Assembly (NCBI GenBank): GCA_963703225.1
Contig: OY969801.1
Coordinates: 576,001-640,000 of the forward strand
Length of the DNA stretch: 64,000 nt
Direction: 5' to 3'
Origin: Candidatus Eiseniibacteriota bacterium
GTDB taxonomy: Bacteria; Eisenbacteria; RBG-16-71-46; SZUA-252
Shown: one piece after another, positions 10,464-20,085 of the stretch
Layout of the letters: the number at the start of each line of letters is the position of its first letter
Numbering within the stretch: the first letter of the stretch is position 1
The notes under the pieces: model-generated
Databases searched by the model: none
Told to the model about the DNA's origin: nothing
Seen by the model: only the letters and a program-made list of their open reading frames with translations
Program-made: the position numbers and the translations under genes

Positions 10464-11630
10464 GTGATTCTGGCCTCGCTCTTCGCCATGGCGCCGGCCG
10501 CGGCTGCGTACACTCCGCCCCCGCTCTTCCGTGGCAATCCCAACATCCAGGGCTCGGAAACCTGCAGGGAGTGTCACCTCGACATCACCGAGCAGTGGAA
10601 GCGCTCGGCCCACTCCAAGGCGGACCGTTCCAAGAACTTGCTGTTCGGCCGGATGTATTTCCAATCGCTCAAGATCACGCGGGGCGGAACGATGCTCGCG
10701 TGCGGCCCATGCCACGAGACCGTCCCCTTCGTGAACCAGGACTTCAACCTCCTGCGCTCCGTCTCCCTGGAGGGCGTCGCCTGCGCCTATTGCCACGCGG
10801 TCTCGGGCCCAGGCGTATCCACCGGGGTGCCGCCCTACACGCTCGACCTGGCGAACTACTCCGGGACGATCCGGAACCCGACCTTCACCAACTCGCACGG
10901 GTCGGCCTACAGCGCCTATTACCTGACCTCGGAGTACTGCGGCGCCTGCCACGACTACAAGAATCAGAACGGGGTGCAGATCAGCACGACCTTCGCGGAG
11001 TGGAAGAAATCGAAATACGCGAAGCAAGGGGTCACCTGCCAATCGTGTCACATGCCGGGCGCACCGGGCCGCAACTCGTACCTGGGGCCGGCGCGTCCGA
11101 GAGTGGCCAACCACGCGTTCGATCGCGACATGCTTCTTCAGGCGAGGCCCGCTTCGCCGCCGGGCCTGACGCTCCGCGCGCAGCGCGTGCGCACGGGGGA
11201 CTCGCTCCGCGTCTTCGCGACGGTCTCCAATAACGGCTGGGGCCACTCGCTTCCCACGGGGAACGATCAGAAGATCGCGGTGATCCGGATCCGGGTCCTA
11301 TCGGAATCGGGAGGCATCCTCTGGGAAAACGATCCCTTCGCCGAGTGGGGCGTCTCGATCTTCGGGGTTATCCTCGCGGACGAGTTGGGCAGCTGGCCGG
11401 CCGAGACGTGGACGGCGACGAGCATCCTCTCCGATCGCCGGATCAAGGCGGGGGGGAGCGCGACCGCCCGGTACGACGTGCCCGTCGGCGACCAGAAGGG
11501 GCCCTACAAGGTCGAAGCGCAGTTCATCTACCGCGCCTCGAGGCCCAACACGATCGAAACGTACGGTCTCAACGAGGAGATCTACGGGGGCGAGCGTGTG
11601 CTGGCCGAGGCGTCCCTCCGGGTGCCCTAG
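10464..11630 (+). CDS. periplasmic multiheme cytochrome c (5 CXXCH)
   Basis: CRECH, CGPCH, CAYCH, CGACH, CQSCH; signal peptide; GHSLPTG motif; start approximate. Confidence 0.85.
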   Translation: MILASLFAMAPAAAAYTPPPLFRGNPNIQGSETCRECHLDITEQWKRSAHSKADRSKNLLFGRMYFQSLKITRGGTMLACGPCHETVPFVNQDFNLLRSVSLEGVACAYCHAVSGPGVSTGVPPYTLDLANYSGTIRNPTFTNSHGSAYSAYYLTSEYCGACHDYKNQNGVQISTTFAEWKKSKYAKQGVTCQSCHMPGAPGRNSYLGPARPRVANHAFDRDMLLQARPASPPGLTLRAQRVRTGDSLRVFATVSNNGWGHSLPTGNDQKIAVIRIRVLSESGGILWENDPFAEWGVSIFGVILADELGSWPAETWTATSILSDRRIKAGGSATARYDVPVGDQKGPYKVEAQFIYRASRPNTIETYGLNEEIYGGERVLAEASLRVP

Positions 11631-11633
11631 GCC

Positions 11634-12569
11634 ATGTTCGCCGAAGATCTCCTCAGGGATCTGAGGCGCGGAGGCTACGCGCCTCATGCCGTGGGGACGT
11701 ACATCCGGAGGATCTTCGGCCGCGTCGTCACCCGCCTTCCCCGCCACCCGGAGCTTGTCCGCTCGGTGGCCGCGACCGCGCTCGTTCTCTTCGCCATCCA
11801 GTTCGGCGGCGCCCTGCTCCTCTCGTGGGCGTACGGGAGAAGCGTCGGGGTGTCCTACCTCGTGGCGTCGAGCGCGGTGCTGCTCTTGGTGTCGTTCTGG
11901 TTGCTGACCCATGTCGGACTGGTCCACGCCACCCGCGACGAACGGCCGATGCGCCGCATCCCGTTTCCGGTCGTGCTCACGATGCTGCGGCTGGTCTCGA
12001 TTCCCGCGATCGTGCTGCTCATTGAAAACCGCGCGTGGCACGCCGTGGTTTGGCTGTTCGCGGTGAGCGCCTCGACCGACGTGATCGACGGCGTGCTGGC
12101 GCGCGCGTTCGGATCGGAGTCGCGTGTCGGGTCGGTCCTCGATCCGCTCGTCGACATCGCCTTCAACTCCTCCGTGTTCGTGACGCTTTCCTTGGCCGGC
12201 GAGCTGCCCTGGTGGGTCTCCGCGCTGATGCTGGCGCGCTACGGGCTCCTGGTGGCGGGAACGTTCTACCTCTACGTCTTCCGCGGGCCGGTCCGCATCC
12301 AGCCGACCGCGTTCGGCAAGCTGACGGGCGTGCTGACGACCGTGCTCCTCGGGCTCCTGCTCCTGGGCCTCGCGTCCTGGAGCCAGGCGATGCGGGTTCG
12401 ATTGAAGGAGGTCTTCGACGTCGGGCTGGGCGTCCTGGCATTCGCCACGATCATCCAGGTCATCTTCATCGGGCTCGCCAACAAGAAGGCGCTCGAGCGG
12501 GAGCCCGCCGCGGAGGATGCGCCTCGAACCGGGAAGATCGTCGGGGACGTCCGCTGGCCGCGAGGGTAG
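11634..12569 (+). CDS. CDP-alcohol phosphatidyltransferase family protein
   Basis: TDVIDGVLAR...GSVLDPLVD signature; multiple TM segments. Confidence 0.9.
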   Translation: MFAEDLLRDLRRGGYAPHAVGTYIRRIFGRVVTRLPRHPELVRSVAATALVLFAIQFGGALLLSWAYGRSVGVSYLVASSAVLLLVSFWLLTHVGLVHATRDERPMRRIPFPVVLTMLRLVSIPAIVLLIENRAWHAVVWLFAVSASTDVIDGVLARAFGSESRVGSVLDPLVDIAFNSSVFVTLSLAGELPWWVSALMLARYGLLVAGTFYLYVFRGPVRIQPTAFGKLTGVLTTVLLGLLLLGLASWSQAMRVRLKEVFDVGLGVLAFATIIQVIFIGLANKKALEREPAAEDAPRTGKIVGDVRWPRG

Positions 12570-12942
12570 CGCCGCGGCCCAATCCAATCCGACCGGTCCG
12601 AGTTCTCCCGCCTCACTCTTAGCCCTCTCCTCCTAGCGGCACCAATCCGCACTCTGCATTGCGAATTGCAATGCCCGGGAGCGGACGGGGACCCGCCCCG
12701 GAACCCATTCCCCGCAAAGGGCTTCCAAGAGCCCATTTCCCAGTCGATTGCCTCCCCGCGCACGCGGCGTGCCGGCCCCCCCCGCGTGGCATGTCTCTTG
12801 CGGTCCGGCGGGCGTGTAAGTCCCTGGGGCACAACGGAAGACCCTCCCACCACGGAGCCACAACTCGGCGATGCAGTTCCTGTCGGGCCTCGAGCTCGCT
12901 CGTAGGCGTTCGCGCGCGCACGCGCGAGGGCGTCGCGCGGGC

Positions 12943-15900
12943 ATGGTGCTGTTCGGCGGGGCGATGGTCCTGGTCGGCGCGTCGCTCCTCGCGATCGCGC
13001 CCCTCGCCACCGCCGCGCCCGGGAGCGGCACGGCCTGGATCTCGCCCGCCGCAGCCGTCGTGGCCGGGTCGCAGGGGGCCTGGTCCATCACCTACACGGC
13101 CGAAGAGGACTTCGACGCGGCTCGGGGCGGGAAGATCGCGCTCGACCTGCCCGCCGGGTGGACCGCGCCGCAGATCGCCGATTCCACGCTCGCCGGATAC
13201 ATCCGGCCCGAGAGCTTCGCCCTTGTCGACAGCGTCTGGGTGAGCGGGCAGACCGTGACCCTGCACGTGGGCGGGCCCACGAGCGCCCCGTTTCAGTCGG
13301 GCGATTCGATCCGGATCGTGTACGGGTATGGCGGCGGCCCCGCCTCCGCGGTGGCCGACAGCGCCGCGCCCCATGCGGCCGCATTCACGGTCTCGAGCGA
13401 CCCCGGAGACACGCTGGGGGTTGCCCCGATCTCGGCATCTCCGTCCCTTGCCGTGGTGCCTGACGTCGTCACGAGCGTCCGGGTTGTCGATCTCGCCATG
13501 ACGCCGGTCGACACGTTCACTCGAAGCGCCGACGAGGACACCACCCAGCTCAGGCTTCTGGGATACGACCGGTTTGACAACCCGAGCCGCCTCGTGGCGG
13601 GAAATTGGAGCATCACCGGCGCGATCGGATCGGCCTCTCCCGCTTCCGGCACCGGCACCGTGCTCACGCTCACCAGCGCCGCGACCGGCTACGCCGTGGG
13701 AGACAGCGGCGCGTGGGCCGACTCGACCGGCCTCATCACGGTCACCCACGGCGCCTACTCGGGGCTCACGCTGAACGCCGACGTGATCGGGACCGCGGGC
13801 GCGCCGCTCGGCGCGTACGTGGCCGCGGTCGACGCCGACGGGAACGCGATCACCTCCGGGCCCGGCTCGGCGGCATCACTGGTCTTCGCGGCGTATGCCG
13901 ATTCGCTGGGCGCAGCGACGGCCGACCCCAATTTCCTTGTCCCGGGTCTGACGCTTACGTCGGGCGCGTGGAGCTCGACCGTCGTCGCGCGCCGATCGGG
14001 CACCTTTTGGCTCGTTGTCCGCGACTCGGCCGCCGGGTTCGAGTCGTCGCCCCGCGTCCGGGTCGACGTGGCCCCCGCGGCCGCCGACCGCATGGGCGCG
14101 CGGCCGGACACGCTCCGGCTGACGGCGGGTGTTCCCGACACGGTGACGATTCTCGTCCTCGACGCTTACGGAAACCGCGCCCCGACGTCGTCGAGCGAGA
14201 TGCTCACGCTCTGGACCGATCGGCCCGCCGGACGGTATCTCGATTCCTTCGGATCGATCATCCACGAAGCGATTCTCTCCGTCGGCGCCGACTCGCTCGA
14301 CCTCCGCTTCGCGGACAACCAGGCCGATGCGGGCGTCGCCCGCCTTCGAATCTTCGACGCCGATGGTGCGGGCTCCTCGCTCGGAGCGGCCGCCGCATGG
14401 GCGGTCACCACACCCAACGTTCCGTACGGGTTGGTCCAGCTCTTCGCGGCGCCCGACACGCTCATGGCGGACGGGGTCGACTCCTCGCTCGTGACGTCGG
14501 TCGCGGTCCGTGACGGCTACGGCAACGTGGTCGATCCGGGCGTGCGCTTCACGGTCACTTCCTCGCTGGTGACACCGACCCAGGACGACGATCCGGGCAC
14601 GCCGGGCGTCCAGTGGACGACGGGACCGGGCGGGATCCTGAGCGGCCAGGTGCGCGCCGGCACCGCGGTCGGATCGGGCTTGGTCTCGGTCCAGCTCGGC
14701 GGCGCGAACGGCTCGGTCGGCATTCCGCTGATCGCGGGGCTGCCCGCCGGCGCGATCTCACTTCTGACCCCTTCCGACTCGCTCGCGGCGGATAGCGTCT
14801 CGACGCTTTCGGTGAGCGCGGCCGGGCTCCACGACACGAACGGAAACCAGGTGGTGGACGGCGAGCGCTACACGGTCGCGACCACCCTCGGCGCGATCCT
14901 CTCGGCCGATCAGGACGGGGCGACCCCGGGGATCCAGAGAACGGCGTCGGGGGGCGCGATCTCGTTCCTCCTCTTCGGCGGCGATTCGCTGGGGACCGCG
15001 ACGGTGAGCGCGACCTCGGTCCGGGGCAACGCGTCGGGCAGCCTCGATGTGAAGCTCACTCCGGGTGGCGTGAGCGGCTCGCGCTCTTCGGTCTTGGCGA
15101 CGACGCCCGCTCCGGTCGGGCCTTCCGGAAGCGTGATCACCGTGACCCTCCGGGACGGGCAGGGTCACGCGCTCGCCTCCGTGCCATCCGATTCGATCGC
15201 CGTATCCATCACGGGGGTCGCCGCGTCGGTGACGCCCCTGGCGGCCGCGACGAACGCCGGCGGCGCGATCGACTTCCGGGCCACCACGACCGTCGCGGCC
15301 CCGGGCGGGGTCTCCGTGACCGCCCGCGGCGTCCTCCTCGCCGAGGCGCCGACGATCGTCTTCCAGCCCGGGCCGCTCGATCACTTCGCGCTGGGCGGGC
15401 CGGGCGGGCCGCTCACCGCGGGCGTCGCGGACGCGCTCCAGATTGGCGCGCGGGATGCGTTCAATAACCCGATGCCCGCGCTCTCCGGGGTGGTGCTCCG
15501 CCCGACCGTTCTCGCGGGGGGAGCCTCGGTCCCCGACTCGGTCACGCTGGCCGGTGGATTGGCCGCGATTCCGTTCACGCCCACCACGTCCGGTGTCTTG
15601 ACGATCCAGGTCCGGGACGACGCCTCCCACACGGTCACCTTCGGCCCGGTCGCGGTCACCCCGGGCGCTCCCTATCGCGTGGTCGCGCTCGCGCCCCCCT
15701 CCACCACGATCGCGGCGGGGGATTCGGCCGCGGTCCAGGCGCTTCTTCTGGACCCATTCGGGAACGCGGTGTCGGGTGGAACGGTGGACGCCTCAGTCGT
15801 CGCGGGCGGCGGGAGCGTCGCGCCGGCCTCCGACCTGACCGACGGCTTGGGCCTGGCGGACTTCATGCTCCGCGCGGGCGTAGCACCGGGCACGGTCACC

Positions 15901-18900
15901 CTACGGCTGGTCGCGCCGGCCAGCGCGGCCGACGACTCGATCCGCGCCGATTCGATCTCCGTCACCGTCATCCCCGCCGCGGTCGCTTCGCTTCTCGTGC
16001 TCCCCGATTCGCTCAACTGGACCGCGGGGGTCTCGGTCCGGGTCCGCGTCCGGCCGCTCGACCCGTTCGGGAACGTGGTGGCGGCGGACACGGCGACGAT
16101 CGTGATGCGCCCGGCCGGCGCGACGGGGTGGTCCCCGGCGTTCGGTCCGCTTTCCGCGGGCGAATTCGTGACCTTCGCCACCGACACGGTGGCCCAATCG
16201 GTCCTGCTCGGGGCCGACCGCGTCGGAGGTGGTGCGGGGAGCGCGGGCCCGGCCGTGGTGTCGCCGGCCGCGCCGGCTTCGATCGCGATCGCTTCGGGCG
16301 ACGGACAGAGCGGCGTGGTCACCCACGCCCTTCCGTCGCCGCCCCGGGTGCGCGTGCGGGACGCCTACGGAAACCTTGCACCAGGGGCGTCGGTCGTCTT
16401 CACCGTGGCGGGCGGAAACGGCTCGGTCGACGCGGTGGCGGGGGGAGCCGCCGACTCGGTCTCGATGAGCGACGCGAACGGAGTCGCCGCGTGCGACGTG
16501 GCAACCCTCGGCACGGTGGCGGCGCCCGGAAGCGACTCCTTCCGCGCCCGTCTCTTGGCCGCGCCGGCGGCGCAGGTGATCTTCACGGCAACCGCGGGGC
16601 CAGACCTCGCCGCGTCGATCGCGGTCTCGCCCCCCGCGCTCGCGCTGGCCGCGGGCGCCACGGCCAACGTCACCGCGGAGGCGCGGGACAGTTACGGAAA
16701 TCTCGCGCCGGGCACCTCGATCACGTTCTTCCTCGGCGCTCCGGCGCTCGGCACGCTCGAATCGCTCGGCTTTACCTCCGGAGGGAGCGGGTCCCAAACC
16801 GGGACCACAGGGCCGCTCGGCGCGCTCTCGGTCCGCTACCGCGCGCCCGCCGCGGCGCCCGCAGCCGACTCGATCTACGCCCGCGGGGTGGCGATCGCCC
16901 CGGTCGGCATCCGCGCGACGGTGGGCGCGGCGGCCACAGCCGCGCTCCAGCTCGTGCCCGACTCGGTCTCGTGGGTCGCCGGCGCGACGGTCCGCGTCCG
17001 GGTCCGGGCGGTGGACTCATTCGGAAATCCGGTTCCCGCCGATACGGCGACCGTCGTGATGCGACCGGGTGGTGCTTTGAGCTGGTCGCCCGCGTTCGGA
17101 TCCATGACCGCGGGGGAGTTCGTCACGTTCGCGACCGACACGTTGGCCGAGACGGTCGCCTCGCTCGACGCCGACCGGATCGGAGGGGGCACGGGGAGCG
17201 TGGGGCCGGTGACGGTGCGCGCGGCCGACCCCGCCGGGACCATTTCCACCACCGCGGCGCGCGACACCCTCACCGCCGACGGCAGGAGCTCGGTCACGGT
17301 CACGCTGGGGCCGGTGCGGGACGCATTCGGAAACTTGGTGCCGGCCGGGACGCTGGTCCTGGTCAGCGCCGCGTCGGCGACGCTGCTCGCCCCCGACCAA
17401 TCGCCGCTCCCAGGGCTCGACCTTGCCACCGCGTCCGACGGACGCGCGTCGCTGGTCCTGATCGCACCCTCGGCACCGGGCGGCGATACGCTTCGCGCTT
17501 CGAGCCGCGTCGGGACCGCGAGCGGGCTCCGCCCCTTCGTCTACGAGGCGCCTCCGTCGCTCGCCTATGCGGCCGGCTCGGTGGCGCCGCAGGTGGTCCT
17601 ACCCGGGTCGGGCGTCGCGTTCCAGATCCGCGCGACCAACACCGGAAGCGGGACCCTCCAGATCGGCGCTCCGACCACGCTCTCGTTTGGCACGGGTGTG
17701 GACGCCTACACCGCGAGCCTCGCAGCGCCGGTCGCGCTCGGGCCGGCTCAAACCGATACGCTTCGCTTCGTGAGCGTTCCGGTGTCGCCGACGCTCACGC
17801 CCGGAACCTACGCTCCGGCCTTCCGCGTGATCGGCCTCGACGGCACCGGCGAGCCGTTCGATTTCTATCTCAGCTTGGCGGGCGCGCAGATCCACGTGGC
17901 CGGCGTCGGCGTGACCGCGGTGAGCGCCGCCCCGTCGCCGGCGCCGCTCGGACACGCCGACCTGACACTCGTCTTCGATGTCGCCAACAGCACGGCGCTT
18001 CCCGCGACGATCGACGGGGTCAGCCTCGCGTACAGCGCGGGGGCGTTCACCACGAACAGCGTGACGCCGCCGGTCCCGGCGGCGCTCCCGGCCTCCGGCA
18101 CCACGCGGCTCTCGATCTCGGTTCGGGTGCCGTCGAGCGGGATCCCGTCGGGCTCGGTCGTCGACGCGCGGCTGACGGCGACGGCCGCGTTCGGAGCCTC
18201 CTCGGTGGCCGGCGTGAACGCCGCGGCGCTCCAGTTCCAGGTGGTTTCGGCCGCCCAGTTCCTGGCGACCCCGGGGGGCGCGCTTCCGTCGCGCTATCTC
18301 CGCGCGCGGACATTCGGGCCAAGCGCGCGGGTGGCGAATCTCGGTGGGGGAGCGGTCACGCTCGCCAAAGCAGCAACCCGTCTGGTGCTCGAGCACCCGG
18401 GCGGCGATCTCCTCTCGACCGGCCTTGCGGCGGCGACCGCGGTCGCCGGGGGCGACTCCGCGACGCTCGCCTTCGACTCCCTCGCGGTGCCGTCGACCGT
18501 CGCGCGCGGCCGCTACGGAGCGCGGCTGGTCCTGAGCGGGACCGAGTCCGGACTCGCGTTCGCCGACACGATCCCGCTCGATCCCGACTCGGTCTCGGTG
18601 CTCGAGCCGCCGATCCTCGCGGTCCAAGGTCCGCTCTCGCCCGATACGGTGAGCGCCGGCCAGACCCGGCCGGTCCGGCTCACGCTCTCGAATTCGGGAG
18701 ACGTGGACCTCAACATCGATCCCGCGACGACGCTTCGCCTTGGCGCGCCGCTCCTCACCGACCTTCCGCTGGGTGTGGCGGCCGTGCTCGGTCCGGGCGC
18801 CTCGATCAACCTCGACTTCTCCGGAGCGCCGCTCGGCTCGGCCCTAGCACCGGGCACAGGGAGCGCGGTGCTCGAGGCGCGCGGGACCGAAGACGGGCGC

Positions 18901-20085
18901 TTCCGCGCCGAGACGCTGGCCGCGGGCACCCTCGTCGCCCGTCCGCCTTCGGCGATCACGTTCGTCGCAGGCTCGGCCTTCCCCGACACGGTCCGCGCCG
19001 GGCAGACCTATGGCCTCATCGCCGCCGTGCAAAATGGGGGCGGGTCGACATTCATCATCGATCCCGCCGCGTCGCGCCTCGTCCTCTCCGACGGCGTCGA
19101 GCAAGCCGTCGCACTGGGCGCGGGCGCGCCGATCGCGCTCGGCCCGGGCGGCCAGACGACCCTCTCCTTCCCCGGCGTCTCGTTCCCGGCGGCGCTCGCG
19201 AGCCAGCCCTACCCGGTCACGCTTCAACTCCACGGAAGCGAGTGGTCGCTCGCCGAGAGCACGACGGTCGTCTCGCCGCCCGCCGAGATCCTGGTTATCG
19301 AGCCGGCGGCGGGAGTCCAGGTCCGCGCGCTCGCCGCGGGCGCGCCGGTTCAGGTCGCGGCCGGCGACGTCGTCCGCACGTGGGCGCTGGAGGTCACGCC
19401 GGTCCTGCCGCCCGGCGGCGTCACCTCCGCGCACTTCACCACGCTTCGGCTGACGGTGCTGACCGATGGGAGCAGTGCCGGAGCGCCCTCCGCCGTGCTG
19501 ACCTCGGTCGCGCTCCGGGGCCCGACCGGAGCGCTCCTGGCTCAAGCCGCGTCCGGCGCGGGGAATCCGGTCACGCTGACGTTCTCGCCGCCGCTCGCTC
19601 TCATCGCACCGCCCGAATCGCTCTATGTGGACGTCACCCTTTCGGGCGGCGCCGCGGCGCGCGAGGTGGCGCTCCGTTTGGCGGCCGCCACGGACCTCGT
19701 GGTGCTCGACGATCTGGCCAATACGCCGGTGCCGGTGGTCGGGGGCGGGGGTCTCGCGTTTGCGCCGCTGACGTCGCCGACCCTCACGCTCTTCGCCAAG
19801 GCGCACGGCTATCCCAATCCGTTCCACGCGGGGCGTGAGGCGGTGCTGCTCTCCTACCTCCTGGCTCAGGACGCTTCGATCAAGGTCTCCATCTACACGC
19901 TGCTCGGCGACCTCGTCCGCGAGATCTCGCTTCCGGCCGGCGCCACCGGCGGGACGCGGGGGCTGAACGAGGTGGCGTGGGACGGAAGGAACGGCAAAGG
20001 CGACCTGGTTCGGCCCGGGCTCTACATCGCGCGGATCGAAGGGTCGGGCGCGGGCGAGCAGGTCAAGGTCGGGGTGCTGCGGTGA
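12943..20085 (+). CDS. very large secreted Ig-like (invasin/Big-type) repeat protein with C-terminal FlgD/T9SS-type domain
   Basis: About 2.4 kaa ORF with signal peptide; many D(A/P)(Y/F)GN and ADG repeats; C-terminal YPNPF...IYTLLGDLVR...WDGRNGKG..V.PGLY; start may be 12871. Confidence 0.85.
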   Translation: MVLFGGAMVLVGASLLAIAPLATAAPGSGTAWISPAAAVVAGSQGAWSITYTAEEDFDAARGGKIALDLPAGWTAPQIADSTLAGYIRPESFALVDSVWVSGQTVTLHVGGPTSAPFQSGDSIRIVYGYGGGPASAVADSAAPHAAAFTVSSDPGDTLGVAPISASPSLAVVPDVVTSVRVVDLAMTPVDTFTRSADEDTTQLRLLGYDRFDNPSRLVAGNWSITGAIGSASPASGTGTVLTLTSAATGYAVGDSGAWADSTGLITVTHGAYSGLTLNADVIGTAGAPLGAYVAAVDADGNAITSGPGSAASLVFAAYADSLGAATADPNFLVPGLTLTSGAWSSTVVARRSGTFWLVVRDSAAGFESSPRVRVDVAPAAADRMGARPDTLRLTAGVPDTVTILVLDAYGNRAPTSSSEMLTLWTDRPAGRYLDSFGSIIHEAILSVGADSLDLRFADNQADAGVARLRIFDADGAGSSLGAAAAWAVTTPNVPYGLVQLFAAPDTLMADGVDSSLVTSVAVRDGYGNVVDPGVRFTVTSSLVTPTQDDDPGTPGVQWTTGPGGILSGQVRAGTAVGSGLVSVQLGGANGSVGIPLIAGLPAGAISLLTPSDSLAADSVSTLSVSAAGLHDTNGNQVVDGERYTVATTLGAILSADQDGATPGIQRTASGGAISFLLFGGDSLGTATVSATSVRGNASGSLDVKLTPGGVSGSRSSVLATTPAPVGPSGSVITVTLRDGQGHALASVPSDSIAVSITGVAASVTPLAAATNAGGAIDFRATTTVAAPGGVSVTARGVLLAEAPTIVFQPGPLDHFALGGPGGPLTAGVADALQIGARDAFNNPMPALSGVVLRPTVLAGGASVPDSVTLAGGLAAIPFTPTTSGVLTIQVRDDASHTVTFGPVAVTPGAPYRVVALAPPSTTIAAGDSAAVQALLLDPFGNAVSGGTVDASVVAGGGSVAPASDLTDGLGLADFMLRAGVAPGTVTLRLVAPASAADDSIRADSISVTVIPAAVASLLVLPDSLNWTAGVSVRVRVRPLDPFGNVVAADTATIVMRPAGATGWSPAFGPLSAGEFVTFATDTVAQSVLLGADRVGGGAGSAGPAVVSPAAPASIAIASGDGQSGVVTHALPSPPRVRVRDAYGNLAPGASVVFTVAGGNGSVDAVAGGAADSVSMSDANGVAACDVATLGTVAAPGSDSFRARLLAAPAAQVIFTATAGPDLAASIAVSPPALALAAGATANVTAEARDSYGNLAPGTSITFFLGAPALGTLESLGFTSGGSGSQTGTTGPLGALSVRYRAPAAAPAADSIYARGVAIAPVGIRATVGAAATAALQLVPDSVSWVAGATVRVRVRAVDSFGNPVPADTATVVMRPGGALSWSPAFGSMTAGEFVTFATDTLAETVASLDADRIGGGTGSVGPVTVRAADPAGTISTTAARDTLTADGRSSVTVTLGPVRDAFGNLVPAGTLVLVSAASATLLAPDQSPLPGLDLATASDGRASLVLIAPSAPGGDTLRASSRVGTASGLRPFVYEAPPSLAYAAGSVAPQVVLPGSGVAFQIRATNTGSGTLQIGAPTTLSFGTGVDAYTASLAAPVALGPAQTDTLRFVSVPVSPTLTPGTYAPAFRVIGLDGTGEPFDFYLSLAGAQIHVAGVGVTAVSAAPSPAPLGHADLTLVFDVANSTALPATIDGVSLAYSAGAFTTNSVTPPVPAALPASGTTRLSISVRVPSSGIPSGSVVDARLTATAAFGASSVAGVNAAALQFQVVSAAQFLATPGGALPSRYLRARTFGPSARVANLGGGAVTLAKAATRLVLEHPGGDLLSTGLAAATAVAGGDSATLAFDSLAVPSTVARGRYGARLVLSGTESGLAFADTIPLDPDSVSVLEPPILAVQGPLSPDTVSAGQTRPVRLTLSNSGDVDLNIDPATTLRLGAPLLTDLPLGVAAVLGPGASINLDFSGAPLGSALAPGTGSAVLEARGTEDGRFRAETLAAGTLVARPPSAITFVAGSAFPDTVRAGQTYGLIAAVQNGGGSTFIIDPAASRLVLSDGVEQAVALGAGAPIALGPGGQTTLSFPGVSFPAALASQPYPVTLQLHGSEWSLAESTTVVSPPAEILVIEPAAGVQVRALAAGAPVQVAAGDVVRTWALEVTPVLPPGGVTSAHFTTLRLTVLTDGSSAGAPSAVLTSVALRGPTGALLAQAASGAGNPVTLTFSPPLALIAPPESLYVDVTLSGGAAAREVALRLAAATDLVVLDDLANTPVPVVGGGGLAFAPLTSPTLTLFAKAHGYPNPFHAGREAVLLSYLLAQDASIKVSIYTLLGDLVREISLPAGATGGTRGLNEVAWDGRNGKGDLVRPGLYIARIEGSGAGEQVKVGVLR

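Noticed and set aside
16128..19838. 1236-aa alternative-frame ORF and many long antisense ORFs (e.g. 6659-9556, 25003-27396)
   Set aside because: Arg/Gly/Pro-rich shadow frames of real genes in high-GC DNA, with no recognisable motifs.
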